This document shows positions 18,090 through 28,176 of a stretch of DNA of 41,481 bases, in pieces. Every line of letters starts with the position of its first letter. Within the stretch, counting starts at the first letter, position 1. Both the position numbers and the translations under genes were made by a program. Below the pieces are notes generated by a model, which was not told where the DNA came from, searched no databases, and saw only the letters and a list, made by a program, of their open reading frames with translations. Location of the stretch: contig JBDRNJ010000050.1 of NCBI GenBank assembly GCA_043811375.1, positions 1 through 41,481 of the forward strand. Direction: 5' to 3'. Origin of the DNA: a bacterium. GTDB lineage: Bacteria > Zixibacteria > MSB-5A5 > GN15 > FEB-12.

Positions 18090-18195
18090 GGTTGCAGTCC
18101 ACCTTAATTACGCTCGTGCCATAAGGAAGGCGGTAAAAGGGTTCAGCCAATAGACGCCCGTGGGCGGCCGGGCGTGCAATAACTTATGGCCCCTT

Positions 18196-18223
18196 AAGAT
18201 ACTATAGTACAACAGGTTGTCAA
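18196..18223 (-). promoter_or_regulatory. Sigma70-type promoter of the S8 protease operon
   Basis: TTGACA (18223-18218), 16 nt, TATCTT (18201-18196). Confidence 0.55.
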
Positions 18224-18302
18224 GGGTAAACTCGGACATTCCGGCCGATACAATTAATCTCCCGGTTCCGGTCGTTTATCGGGTGGGAGATTGAGTTGTC
18301 AC

Positions 18303-18332
18303 TTGACACGGCGGGGGCATCTTATCTATTGT
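18303..18332 (+). promoter_or_regulatory. Sigma70-type promoter of asnB
   Basis: TTGACA (18303-18308), 18 nt, TATTGT (18327-18332); divergent from the protease promoter. Confidence 0.5.
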
Positions 18333-18428
18333 CGCTGGCAGGGTTAGCCGGCATCACCTCAAGACGTTGCTGCCGGAGGACGAAACAAACTATGTGGAGA
18401 CGTTGATGGAATTCTTTAGTGTGATACG

Positions 18429-20429
18429 ATGTGTGGCATAGCCGGATTCTTTAATTTGCAGCAGAAGCAGCCCCCGGATCGGGAACTGCTGACGCGGATG
18501 GTCAACGCTATCCGTCATCGCGGCCCGGACGAGTTCGGAGCTTATTTTGATGACCGGTGCGCTCTGGGACAGGCCCGGCTGTCAATTATCGATCTTGAGG
18601 GGGGCTCGCAGCCGTTGTGCAACGAAGACGGCTCGATCTGGATTTCATACAACGGCGAAATCTTCAACTACATTGAACTGAGACAGGAACTGATCCGTGC
18701 CGGACACACGTTTCGCACCCGGTCGGATACCGAAGTCATTGTTCACGCCTGGGAGCAGTGGGGCAGGCGCTGCCTGGATTACTTCAACGGGCAGTTTGCC
18801 CTGGTGATATACGACAAAAAGGATGATTCGCTGTTTCTGGCTCGGGACCGGTTGGGTATCAGACCTGTTTTCTACACTACTCATGGTGATCGTTTCTGTT
18901 TTGCTTCTGAAATCAAATCGCTTTTTTGTGATCCGTCACTTCCACGGCGACTGGATTACAAGGGCCTGGATGAGATTTTCACCTGGTGGACGACGGCTCC
19001 CCCCCGAACTGCCTTTGAAAACATCAACGAGCTTGAGGCCGGTACCTGCCTGCAGGTGAAAAACGGCCGGGTACGAACCGAACGCTACTGGTCGATGGAG
19101 TACCCCGAAACATTTGACCGCGAGCGGTCGGCCGCTTCATGGGCGGAGGAGCTGCACTCCCTGCTGGTTGATTCCGTGCGACTGCGGTTGCGGGCGGACG
19201 TACCGGTCGGCGCCTACCTGTCGGGGGGACTGGATTCTTCGGCCACTACTGCCCTGATTCGAAACTTCACCGACACTCGCGTGGAGACCTTCTCGATTGC
19301 TTTTCACGACAAAGCGTACGACGAGTCGGAATATCAGCGGCAGATGGCCGATCACCTCGGCACTAACCATCACCAGGTGCGGTGCTCCTACCACGATATT
19401 GCCGAGAACTTTCCCAAAGTGATCCGGCATACCGAACGGCCGGTGGTGCGCACGGCGCCGACGCCGCTTTTGATGTTGTCGGGCCTGGTCAGGGACAACG
19501 ATTTCAAGGTGGTGCTTACCGGTGAGGGAGCGGATGAAATACTGGGTGGCTATGACATTTTCAAAGAAACCCTCATCCGCACTTTCTGGGCCAGAAACCC
19601 CGATTCTCAGTGGCGGCCGCTGTTGTTGAAACGGCTCTACCCCACCCTGCCGTTGTCGGCTGCCAGGGCGCGTTTTTACCTGGAAACATTCTACAAAGCG
19701 GGTCTGGCCGAGACCGACAAGTACTACTTCTCCCACATTCCCCGGATCAATACCACCACTAAGATCAAGGATTATTTTACTGACGATATCAGACAACATG
19801 TCGGTGGCTATGACTCATTACAATCATTTGGCCGGGATATTCCTTCCGGTTTCTCCGGCTGGCACCCGCTGGCGCGAGCCCAGTATCTGGAAGCGAAGTC
19901 GCTGCTGGCAGGTTATATCCTCTCCTCCCAGGGTGATCGGATGTTGGCCGCCAACTCTGTCGAAGGGCGGTTTCCATTTCTGGATCACCGACTGGTGGAG
20001 TTTGCGGCCACCATTCCGCCGCTTATGAAGATCTTCGGTCTGAATGAGAAGTTTGTTCTGAAGAAAGCCATGCAAAAGGAACTGCCGCCGGAAATCACCC
20101 GCCGTGTCAAGCAGCCGTATATGGCGCCCGATTCCAACAGTTTTGTCCAGTCTGATTCACCCGAATACGTCGAGGAAATGCTGAGTGAGACGGTTCTGAG
20201 CCGGGCCGGTATTTTCAATCCCGGTTTTGTCGCTCGTCTGAAAGACAAGTGCCGGCGCTTGTCACACGCTCATCTGTCTTTCAAAGACAACATGTCATTT
20301 ATCGCCATTCTCTCCACCCAGTTGCTGGTAAAACAATTCATCGATGATTTTCAACCGGCACGGAGCCTGCCGCCGGAAGATTTCCGGGTCTGGCAGGATG
20401 AGTCCGGCCACAGCCCGCCGTCCCGTTAG
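18429..20429 (+). CDS. asnB: Asparagine synthase (glutamine-hydrolysing)-family amidotransferase, polysaccharide-cluster type
   Basis: N-terminal MCGIAG (Ntn Cys), HRGPD, RLSIID, NGEIFNY, SDTEV, LSGGLDSS, LTGEGADE, DRM..ANSVEGRFPFLDH. Confidence 0.95.
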   Translation: MCGIAGFFNLQQKQPPDRELLTRMVNAIRHRGPDEFGAYFDDRCALGQARLSIIDLEGGSQPLCNEDGSIWISYNGEIFNYIELRQELIRAGHTFRTRSDTEVIVHAWEQWGRRCLDYFNGQFALVIYDKKDDSLFLARDRLGIRPVFYTTHGDRFCFASEIKSLFCDPSLPRRLDYKGLDEIFTWWTTAPPRTAFENINELEAGTCLQVKNGRVRTERYWSMEYPETFDRERSAASWAEELHSLLVDSVRLRLRADVPVGAYLSGGLDSSATTALIRNFTDTRVETFSIAFHDKAYDESEYQRQMADHLGTNHHQVRCSYHDIAENFPKVIRHTERPVVRTAPTPLLMLSGLVRDNDFKVVLTGEGADEILGGYDIFKETLIRTFWARNPDSQWRPLLLKRLYPTLPLSAARARFYLETFYKAGLAETDKYYFSHIPRINTTTKIKDYFTDDIRQHVGGYDSLQSFGRDIPSGFSGWHPLARAQYLEAKSLLAGYILSSQGDRMLAANSVEGRFPFLDHRLVEFAATIPPLMKIFGLNEKFVLKKAMQKELPPEITRRVKQPYMAPDSNSFVQSDSPEYVEEMLSETVLSRAGIFNPGFVARLKDKCRRLSHAHLSFKDNMSFIAILSTQLLVKQFIDDFQPARSLPPEDFRVWQDESGHSPPSR

Positions 20430-20472
20430 CAGCAGATCCGCGTCAACGGGAGCCGGGGGTCGGGGTTGATGA

Positions 20473-20501
20473 TTGACACTTCTGTGGCTATGGGTTATAC
20501 T
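20473..20501 (+). promoter_or_regulatory. Near-consensus sigma70 promoter upstream of the ACP gene
   Basis: TTGACA (20473-20478), 17 nt, TATACT (20496-20501). Confidence 0.75.
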
Positions 20502-20618
20502 CATTGACTGCCGATAATTGAACCAGGAAGCCGACGGCTTCCGGCGGCCGAAACGGTGTCGGCGGCAGTTATGGATGTTTCCGGCGACAGGTACCGGGTA
20601 TGAGCACAAGGAGGATGC

Positions 20619-20864
20619 TTGGATATTCGTTCAGACATCAGGGGTTTTATCCTGGACAACTTTATGATGGGTCGCGACCCCGAGGAACTTACAGATTCAG
20701 GCTCCCTGCTGGAACTGGGCATCATCGATTCCACCGGTGTCCTGGAACTGGTCGGTTTCATGGAGGAGAAGTACGGTTTGCAGGTCGAGGATGAAGACCT
20801 GGTGCCGGACAACCTTGACTCCGTGGACAACCTGGTTGGTTACATTCAGAAGAAAACGGCCTGA
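20619..20864 (+). CDS. Acyl/aminoacyl carrier protein
   Basis: 81 aa, acidic. 'SLLELGIIDSTGVLELV.F.EE.YG..V.DEDL.PDN.DSV' with phosphopantetheine Ser (DltC-like type). AAGGAGG RBS. Confidence 0.93.
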   Translation: MDIRSDIRGFILDNFMMGRDPEELTDSGSLLELGIIDSTGVLELVGFMEEKYGLQVEDEDLVPDNLDSVDNLVGYIQKKTA

Positions 20865-20914
20865 GGTGCTCAGGCCTGATCCTGACCGGGCGGCCGGTTG
20901 AGAGAAAGGCAGTC

Positions 20915-21496
20915 ATGCGGGCAGTTGTCAAGGGTCTGTTTTTCCTGATCGGTTTTATACTGGCTTTGCCGTTGATTGTAGTGGTTCGTCTTGAGGGCGC
21001 CCTGACGGGCAACCGCTCGACCCGTATATTTGGCGGCGGCAAAGAGATTCTCTCACTGGTTCCGACCATAATCGGCGAGTATATGCGGCTGGCCTATTAC
21101 TGGGCGGTGTGCACGGGTGTTTCCTCTGGAGCCAGCTTTCAGTTCGGCAGCATGGCTGCCCACCGACAGACGACCATCGGAGCGGGCACCGTCATCGGCG
21201 CCTATACGATCATCGGTCGGGTTGATATCGGTGAAAACGTACTGTTCGGGGCACGGGTTTCTTTGCTGTCCGGGAAATACCAGCATGGCCGACCCGGTCG
21301 GCGGGCGACTGCCGACGAAGACGAGATCGACTTCCAGTTGGTCACTATCGGCAGTGATTCCTGGATAGGCCAGGACTCGGTGATCATGGCTGACGTTGGT
21401 CAGGGCTGTACCGTCGCGGCCGGAAGCGTGGTGTATAAGAACGTACCGGAAGGTATCACCGTGATGGGCAACCCGGCCAGAAAAGTGAGTCTCTGA
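20915..21496 (+). CDS. Left-handed beta-helix (hexapeptide) acyltransferase
   Basis: Hexapeptide repeats 'TIGAGTVIG', 'VDIGENVLFG', 'VTIGSDSWIG...VIMADVG.G..VAAGSVV.KNVP.....GNPAR'. Confidence 0.9.
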   Translation: MRAVVKGLFFLIGFILALPLIVVVRLEGALTGNRSTRIFGGGKEILSLVPTIIGEYMRLAYYWAVCTGVSSGASFQFGSMAAHRQTTIGAGTVIGAYTIIGRVDIGENVLFGARVSLLSGKYQHGRPGRRATADEDEIDFQLVTIGSDSWIGQDSVIMADVGQGCTVAAGSVVYKNVPEGITVMGNPARKVSL

Positions 21497-21533
21497 ATCC
21501 GGTCGGGAGTGAAGATGTCGACAAAGGAGCCGA

Positions 21534-22295
21534 TTGATGCATAATTTCTGGAAGTTGATTTTACTGGCATCGTTGCTGCTGAATTTGCTGGCGGTGTGGG
21601 GCTTCTTCCACTACATCCGCTACGGCGGCTCGCCGCTGGGTGAACTGAAACGACTGCTGACCGGGTCCACCCGGCAGTCATCGCCGACGGTGCCGTATGC
21701 CGAGGAAAACCGTAAACTGCTCGAGGAGATTCGCCAGGGACAGACCGACTCGCTGCGAGTCGTGTTTCTGGGAGCCTCGATCACCAATCGCTGGGACCTG
21801 GAGCGTGATTTCCCCCGTGTCCACATGGTCAACCGGGGTGTCGGCGGGCAGTTGGTGCCCTCGATGCTGGCTCGGTTTAAGCGGGATGTTATCGACCTGA
21901 AACCGAAAGCAGTAGTGATCAAGTTTTGTTCGATCAACATCAGGCCGCACCTGCCGCAGTCGGTGCTCAGGGATGGTATGACCATGATGACACAACTAAC
22001 TCAGAACAATGGAATAGAGCCGATTGTGGCAACCATAATCCCGGCCGGCAAACCGGAAGCGCATATCGGAGATTTCAGCGTGGCCGACAGCCTGCAGGCT
22101 TATAACAATTGGGTGCGGCAACTGGCTGCGGAGAACAACCTGCGGCTGATTGATTTTGCCGCCGCCATCGGCGACGATGAGGGTTTCCTGCCGCGCGATT
22201 GTTCGGTCGACCCGGTACATGTTAACGAGAAAGGGTACCAGATACTGGCCGACGCCGCCCGACCGGTGATATACGAAGCGGTCGGCGTTCAGTAG
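21534..22295 (+). CDS. Membrane-anchored SGNH/GDSL hydrolase (O-acyl esterase/transferase)
   Basis: Block I 'VFLGASIT', block II 'NRGVGG', block V 'DPVHVN'; N-terminal TM. Confidence 0.88.
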   Translation: MMHNFWKLILLASLLLNLLAVWGFFHYIRYGGSPLGELKRLLTGSTRQSSPTVPYAEENRKLLEEIRQGQTDSLRVVFLGASITNRWDLERDFPRVHMVNRGVGGQLVPSMLARFKRDVIDLKPKAVVIKFCSINIRPHLPQSVLRDGMTMMTQLTQNNGIEPIVATIIPAGKPEAHIGDFSVADSLQAYNNWVRQLAAENNLRLIDFAAAIGDDEGFLPRDCSVDPVHVNEKGYQILADAARPVIYEAVGVQ

Positions 22296-22337
22296 CTGCC
22301 GCTTGGTTTCGATAAAGGCGGTTGCGACCGACACCTC

Positions 22338-23855
22338 ATGAAAGACCCTAAAAAACACCTCATCAGGAACATCTTTTCCAACTGGGCGCTGATGGTCACC
22401 GGGGCTGTCATCGCCTTCTTCATGAGTCCCTTCCTGGTGCACACTCTGGGCAAGGAAGAGTACGGCATCTGGGCGCTGATTTTCTCCATCATTGCCTACA
22501 TGAATTTTTTCGATATCGGGATGAAACAGAGCCTGGCTCGTTTCCTCTCCCGCCACTACGCCACCGGGGACCACGATGGTCTTAATGCCGTTATCAACTC
22601 CGGAAACGTCATTTATTCCATCACCGGCTCACTGGTCATTCTGGCCACATTGGTAGTGGCCTACTTTTTTCTCGACGCCTTCAACATTGCGACCGAACTG
22701 AGACCGGTGATGCGCACGGCACTGATAATCATCGGACTTAATCAGGCCGTCTATTTTTTCTTCATGACCGGCACCGCTATCGGACCGTTTCACCGCTACG
22801 ACATCTCCAACGCCATTGAAATTACTTTCTCCATCAGCAACGCTCTGGTGGTGGTTTACTTTCTCAAACAGGGTCATGGACTGGTGACGCTGGCCATCAT
22901 TACCATCTCCGTCAACGTAGTCCGTTCGGTGGTTCGTCGTATCGTGCAACAGCGGCTGGTGCCGCAGATTCGATGGCGTCTGCGCTATGTGAGAAGGGAT
23001 CGCATCGGTGAATTGCTGGGTTACGGAGTGGTCAGTTTCCTGATAGTGATTTCCTGGATGGTCATCTTCAATATCGACAACGTCGTCATCGGCATATACA
23101 TATCCACTACGGCGGTGACGTTTTACAGCATTGGCGCTCAGATTATCACCTACCTGCGGACGATCATCGCCGGCATCGCCACCCCGCTGGTGCCGGCAAT
23201 CAGTCATCTTGATGCCACCAGCGATACCGACGAAATCACCGCGCTATACGGCAAGGTGTCGCGCTATCTTTATTATCTGAGCGGTTGCATCTGCGTGGGG
23301 CTGTTCATGGTGGCGGACAAGTTCATTTTCCTGTGGATGGGGCCGGAATTCACTGACACGGTGGAGGTGCTGATGATTCTGGCTATACCGGCCTGCATAT
23401 ATCTGCCGCAGGTGACGGCCAACTCAGTGTTGCTGGGAATCGGGCGACACCTGCCGTTGTTTTATGTGCTGGCTGCCGAAGCGGTCAGTAACGCCGTGCT
23501 GAGTTTGATTCTGGTCAGGTCGTTGGGAATACACGGGGTAGCGCTGGGAACGGCCATACCACAACTGGTTATTTACATTTTCGTCTACCCCTGGGTTTTT
23601 CACCGCATTATCGGCGCCGACCTGCGGCGTTTTTATCTCACCAGCGCCGGGATGCTTGTCTACGCGGCGGTTTTTACACTGCCGGCAGCAGTCCTGATGA
23701 AGTACATTAACATCATCCCCGGATGGGGCGGGTTGGCTGTCGATGTTGCCGTGATTGGCGGCCTGGCCCTGGTGGGGTTCTGGTTCAAAGTGCTTGAAGA
23801 CGACGACCGCGCCCGGCTCTCGTCCAAACTGGGCCGAAAAACGACTCCGGCATAG
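22338..23855 (+). CDS. Oligosaccharide flippase (Wzx/MOP family)
   Basis: Many TM helices; 'RNIFSNW', 'PFLVHTLG.EEYGIWAL', 'DIG....L.RF', 'NIDNVVIG', 'GI.GVALGT.I'. Confidence 0.9.
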   Translation: MKDPKKHLIRNIFSNWALMVTGAVIAFFMSPFLVHTLGKEEYGIWALIFSIIAYMNFFDIGMKQSLARFLSRHYATGDHDGLNAVINSGNVIYSITGSLVILATLVVAYFFLDAFNIATELRPVMRTALIIIGLNQAVYFFFMTGTAIGPFHRYDISNAIEITFSISNALVVVYFLKQGHGLVTLAIITISVNVVRSVVRRIVQQRLVPQIRWRLRYVRRDRIGELLGYGVVSFLIVISWMVIFNIDNVVIGIYISTTAVTFYSIGAQIITYLRTIIAGIATPLVPAISHLDATSDTDEITALYGKVSRYLYYLSGCICVGLFMVADKFIFLWMGPEFTDTVEVLMILAIPACIYLPQVTANSVLLGIGRHLPLFYVLAAEAVSNAVLSLILVRSLGIHGVALGTAIPQLVIYIFVYPWVFHRIIGADLRRFYLTSAGMLVYAAVFTLPAAVLMKYINIIPGWGGLAVDVAVIGGLALVGFWFKVLEDDDRARLSSKLGRKTTPA

Positions 23856-23887
23856 CTGCCGGTGAGATTGAACAGGTAAGTTCAGCG

Positions 23888-25225
23888 ATGTCACTGTACA
23901 ATCATCTGCACCATCTGGTTTTCCGGTTGAAGGACCTACGGGATGGTAGCGGTATCTACTCGCGACTGGCGCGGTTGAAAAAAGAGCAGTACCTGCCGCC
24001 GCAGCGACTGGCCTCACTGCAGAACGAACGACTGCGATCTTTGCTGACACAGGCCCAGAGCCACAGCCGGTATTACCGGCAACGATTCATCGCAGGCAAC
24101 GTAGAGATAGACGTTCACTTCGATCTGTCACAATTGCCGCAACTGCCGTTGTTGCGAAGGGAAGACCTTCAGGATAACCTGGAAGATATCCTGTGCGACA
24201 ACGCCCGTTCGCCGTGGCTCAACTCCTCGGGCGGTTCGACCGGCCATCCGGTCAATTTCTATCATGATGAAACCTACCGTGTCAACGGCGAGGCCGGCCA
24301 GTTGCTGTTTCTTAACTGGATGGGGGTCCGCCCGGGGGACCGTACGGCCGTTTTCTGGGGAGCTGATCGGGAGTTTAAGGACTTGTCCCGTTATGATCGC
24401 CTGATGATGCGTATCAACCGCGTCAAACAGCTCAACTCTTTTGCCATGTCCGATCAGTTAATTGAACAATTTCTGGAGGAGATCAACCGCTACCGGCCCC
24501 GGTACGTATACGGGTACGCCTCGTCGCTGTACCTGGTGGCGCGCTTCATCAACCGAACGACCCCGCTAGCGTTTCAACCGGTGGCGGTGAGGTCCTCGGC
24601 CGAGATGTTGTTTGACTTTCAACGCCGGGAAATCGAGAAAGCTTTTAAGGCGCCGGTGTTCAATTTCTATGGTTCCCGGGAAGTGAACAATATCGCCGCC
24701 GAATGCAGTGCTCACCGGGGACTGCATGTTTTTGCATCCGGCCGCATCGTTGAGGTCGTTGATGACGATGGTGTGCCGGTGCCGGACGGTGAACTGGGAC
24801 AGGTGGCGGTGACTGATCTGGTTAATCACGCCTTTCCCTTTATCCGCTACCTGACGGGCGACATGGCCGTTGTGTCTTCGGCCGTGTGCGCTTGCGGTCG
24901 CGGTTATCCGCTGCTTCAGAAGATCGAGGGTCGCTGTAGTGACATGATTGTTATCGATGGACAGTACATTCACGGAGAGTTCTTCACCCACCTGTTTTAC
25001 GGTCGACCGGAGATCACCCGGTTTCAATTCATACAGGAAACCAAAGACCACCTGCGCTTGCGGGTGGTCAGCCGCGATGACCGGCCCCAAATGGAGGAGG
25101 TGCTGACGGCCATCCGCACTAAGGCAGGTCGGCAGGTGACTATCAGCGTCGAGGTGGTCGAAAGTATCCCGACCGCGCCATCGGGCAAACATCGATTCAC
25201 GATTTCAAAGCTGAAGGAAAGCTGA
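23888..25225 (+). CDS. Phenylacetate-CoA-ligase-family adenylating enzyme (CapK-like), copy 1
   Basis: ANL motifs 'SSGGSTG.P', 'YGSRE', 'RYLTGD', 'EGR..D', C-terminal 'SGKHRF'. Confidence 0.88.
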   Translation: MSLYNHLHHLVFRLKDLRDGSGIYSRLARLKKEQYLPPQRLASLQNERLRSLLTQAQSHSRYYRQRFIAGNVEIDVHFDLSQLPQLPLLRREDLQDNLEDILCDNARSPWLNSSGGSTGHPVNFYHDETYRVNGEAGQLLFLNWMGVRPGDRTAVFWGADREFKDLSRYDRLMMRINRVKQLNSFAMSDQLIEQFLEEINRYRPRYVYGYASSLYLVARFINRTTPLAFQPVAVRSSAEMLFDFQRREIEKAFKAPVFNFYGSREVNNIAAECSAHRGLHVFASGRIVEVVDDDGVPVPDGELGQVAVTDLVNHAFPFIRYLTGDMAVVSSAVCACGRGYPLLQKIEGRCSDMIVIDGQYIHGEFFTHLFYGRPEITRFQFIQETKDHLRLRVVSRDDRPQMEEVLTAIRTKAGRQVTISVEVVESIPTAPSGKHRFTISKLKES

Positions 25226-25313
25226 TGACAGGCCGGTCTGTTGACAGCACTCTCGGGGGAACGATGGCAACCGGCTTTAATGGTGGTATCTGCGACCTGA
25301 CCGGAGCCGGGCC

Positions 25314-26777
25314 ATGAGCAGAGCACCGGCCAGATTGACATCATCGAGGTATGTCACCCGGGAGCACCTCATCTATCTGGGGTTGCTGCTGCTGGTGATT
25401 GTTTGCGCTCCGATGCTGCTTTTACCGTGGCCGTACTGCCTGGCCCCGTTCGGGCTGGTGCTGGGTGGGGTTTTTATTTTTATCACTCTGCGACACCCGA
25501 TTGTGGGCCTGTATCTGTACCTGATCATGTTTCTGATCAGACCCCAGGAGTTGTTTCCCGATGTCTCGGTGTTGCACTATCCTTACGAGAAGATCATCGG
25601 TATCGTGGTTATTATCAGCCTGGTTTTCCAGTATATCGTCAAGGGTCGTAAGTTCGAGCTGTTCGATGTCGAGAAAGGAGTGCTGTTTGTTCTGGGGGCA
25701 GCGGCGATTTCGGTTATTCCGGCGGTATGGGTCGGGGGCGCCAAGACCGAGTTCATCATCTTTTTCAAGATCATACTAGCCTGTCTGTTTACTGCTCGGA
25801 TTGTCAACACAGAGCGGAAGTTCAGGGCTATTATGTGGCTCTATATAATTTCGATAGGCATAATAGCCGTCTCCTCCACCTACAACTACTATTCCGGCAG
25901 TTTCGAAAGCGTGATGGGTATCCAGCGGGCGATCGGGTCCGCCGGGCAGGAGGGTTCCCACAGCGATCCCAACTCGATGGCGGCCACACTGGTTCTGGGA
26001 ATGCCGTTTGTGCTGGCTATGATGAAAAACCGGCGGAGTATAGCCGTCAAATTGCTGCTGGCGGGACTGCTGATGGCCTGTCTGTGGACGGTGGTTATCA
26101 CCGGCTCGCGTGGCGGCATGCTCGGTTGCATTATTATGCTGTTCTTGATTGCGGTGACCAGCAAGCACAAGACAGTGGCTCTTATAGTCGGCATCGTTCT
26201 TGTCATCGGGGCGGCGGCGGTAATGCCGCAACAGTACGTGGATCGATTTAGCAGTATCGCCAGCTATAACGAACTGGATGACGGCACCGGTGCTGCCGAA
26301 TCGGCACAGGGGCGAATCAAAGGACTAATGGTCGGTCTGGAGATACTGCTCAGCCGACCGGCGACAGGTGTGGGTATCGGCTGTTTTGGTGTCTACAACC
26401 ACGAACACCATGGCTCATGGTTGCAACCACACAATATGGTGGGGCAGTTGGCCGGTGAGCTGGGTTTTCTGGGGTTGATTGCTTTCGGCTACTTTATCTA
26501 CAAGCTGACCTCTAATATCAAGTTTGTCAGGTCGATACTCAGGAAAGATAACAGGCAGAAGGACTTCAACTTCCAGATGGCAACCGCTGCCTGGGTGGCG
26601 GTCGCGCTGTTGTTTTTTCTGGGTTTGTTTGCGCATAACCTGTATCGGTTCAACTGGTATCTTATTGCCTGTTTCGTGGCAATCATGGTCCGGCTGGTTG
26701 AAAACCGGTATCGTTCAACGGAAGTGACGGCGAATTCAGACGGATTGCCGACGAGGTATGATGACGACATTGAGTGA
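25314..26777 (+). CDS. O-antigen ligase/polymerase (Wzy_C/WaaL-like) family protein
   Basis: Multi-TM; 'DPN..A', 'TGSRGG', 'P.TGVG.G', 'HN...QLAGELG..G'. Confidence 0.88.
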   Translation: MSRAPARLTSSRYVTREHLIYLGLLLLVIVCAPMLLLPWPYCLAPFGLVLGGVFIFITLRHPIVGLYLYLIMFLIRPQELFPDVSVLHYPYEKIIGIVVIISLVFQYIVKGRKFELFDVEKGVLFVLGAAAISVIPAVWVGGAKTEFIIFFKIILACLFTARIVNTERKFRAIMWLYIISIGIIAVSSTYNYYSGSFESVMGIQRAIGSAGQEGSHSDPNSMAATLVLGMPFVLAMMKNRRSIAVKLLLAGLLMACLWTVVITGSRGGMLGCIIMLFLIAVTSKHKTVALIVGIVLVIGAAAVMPQQYVDRFSSIASYNELDDGTGAAESAQGRIKGLMVGLEILLSRPATGVGIGCFGVYNHEHHGSWLQPHNMVGQLAGELGFLGLIAFGYFIYKLTSNIKFVRSILRKDNRQKDFNFQMATAAWVAVALLFFLGLFAHNLYRFNWYLIACFVAIMVRLVENRYRSTEVTANSDGLPTRYDDDIE

Positions 26778-28122
26778 CATGATAGCCCGACTGGGTCAGT
26801 ACCTGCTGTGTGTCCACCGCGTGCAGGCCGGTCGCTATCGGTATGCCCGGACTGTTGAGCGTAACCTCAAGCTGTCGGTCGAGGAAATCCATGCCGACCG
26901 GATAATTCGTCTGCGACAGACCATCGAAAACGCCTATATCCACTCGCCCTTCTACCGGGCGCGGTTTCAGGCGGTGGGGTTTGAACCGGGTGACCTGAAA
27001 GACCCCGCTGATTTACGTCGGCTGCCGGTACTGACCAAAACGGATCTGAGGGATCATGTCGATGAAATGGTTGGTGACAATGTTAATCCGCACGAGGTTG
27101 AGAGAAGTGTCAGCGGCGGAACTACCGGCCTGCCGGTCAGTTTTATCCGCGACAAGTTCTGCGTTGACTACCGGCGCGGTATCGACCTGGCTCTCTCTCG
27201 TTATTATGGCTGGTGTGACGGTCAGTGGCAGGGTCTGTTGTGGGGGGCCGCTCACGAGGTTGTCTACCGGCAGGGTTTCAAAGCCCGGTTTACTCAACTC
27301 TGGGCGGACCGGGTGTTTGCCCTGGACTGTAACCGGTTGTCGGACGCCACTTACGAAGAGTTTGTCACCCGTGCCCGTCAGTATCGTCCGTCGTTCGTGC
27401 TGGCCTATCCATCGCTGGCGTATGATCTGGCCGAACGGATTGAAGCCGGCCGGGTCAGCCCCGTCCGGGTGCCGGTGATCAACGTCACGGCGGAGCCGCT
27501 GTATGACTTTCAGCGACGCAAGATTGAGTCGGTACTGGCCGAGCGCGTTTATGCTCGGTATGGCGCCAGGGAAATCGGGACCGTGGCCTTTGAGTGTCCA
27601 CAACGGGCCGGACTTCACATTATCCCTCAAAGCGTTTATATCGAGGTGATACCTCTGGAAGGTCAGTCACAAACCGGAGTGGTGCTGGTTACTGACCTGC
27701 TGAATCGAGCCATGCCGCTTATCCGCTATCGGATCGGTGATCTGGCCCGGTTGGATGAAAGCCCCTGCGAATGCGGGTTAACATCACCCAGACTGCTGGA
27801 AATCAAGGGCCGCGAAACGGATATTATCTGGCGACCGGACGGAACCGGCCTGCCGGGCACTGAAATCGTGACTATCGTCGGCGAGGTCGGTCTTCAGGCC
27901 AGAGTACAGATTGTGCAGGAAAAGCTGGACGACGTCGTAATCCGTCTCGAGGGAAATTCCACCCCTGACGCCGCCGTGCAGAGACTGCTGGATAAGTTTC
28001 ATCGCGTAATTGGCGGCGGCATCCGGTTTCGCGTTCAGCGAGTGAATGAGATCGAGCGAGCCCGGTCGGGTAAATATCGCTATGTTATCTCCCATGTTTC
28101 CCGACCGGAAGGAACCGTATGA
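26758..28122 (+). CDS. Phenylacetate-CoA-ligase-family adenylating enzyme (CapK-like), copy 2
   Basis: 'SGGTTG.P', 'YGARE', 'MPLIRYRIGD', 'KGR..D', 'SGKYRY'. Start may be a few codons later. Confidence 0.88.
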   Translation: MMTTLSDMIARLGQYLLCVHRVQAGRYRYARTVERNLKLSVEEIHADRIIRLRQTIENAYIHSPFYRARFQAVGFEPGDLKDPADLRRLPVLTKTDLRDHVDEMVGDNVNPHEVERSVSGGTTGLPVSFIRDKFCVDYRRGIDLALSRYYGWCDGQWQGLLWGAAHEVVYRQGFKARFTQLWADRVFALDCNRLSDATYEEFVTRARQYRPSFVLAYPSLAYDLAERIEAGRVSPVRVPVINVTAEPLYDFQRRKIESVLAERVYARYGAREIGTVAFECPQRAGLHIIPQSVYIEVIPLEGQSQTGVVLVTDLLNRAMPLIRYRIGDLARLDESPCECGLTSPRLLEIKGRETDIIWRPDGTGLPGTEIVTIVGEVGLQARVQIVQEKLDDVVIRLEGNSTPDAAVQRLLDKFHRVIGGGIRFRVQRVNEIERARSGKYRYVISHVSRPEGTV

Positions 28123-28176
28123 GGAGTCGAAGGCAACCCGATGGACAGCCTAGACATGTAGACTACTGAAGATATT

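Noticed and set aside
18333..18428. Riboswitch or ops/JUMPstart element in the asnB leader
   Set aside because: A weak hairpin is possible, but there is no match to c-di-GMP riboswitch motifs or to GGCGGTAG.
9364..20517. Sigma28 promoters suggested by GCCGATA at ~9364, ~18244 and ~20510
   Set aside because: No TAAA -35 element at the required 15-nt spacing in any case.
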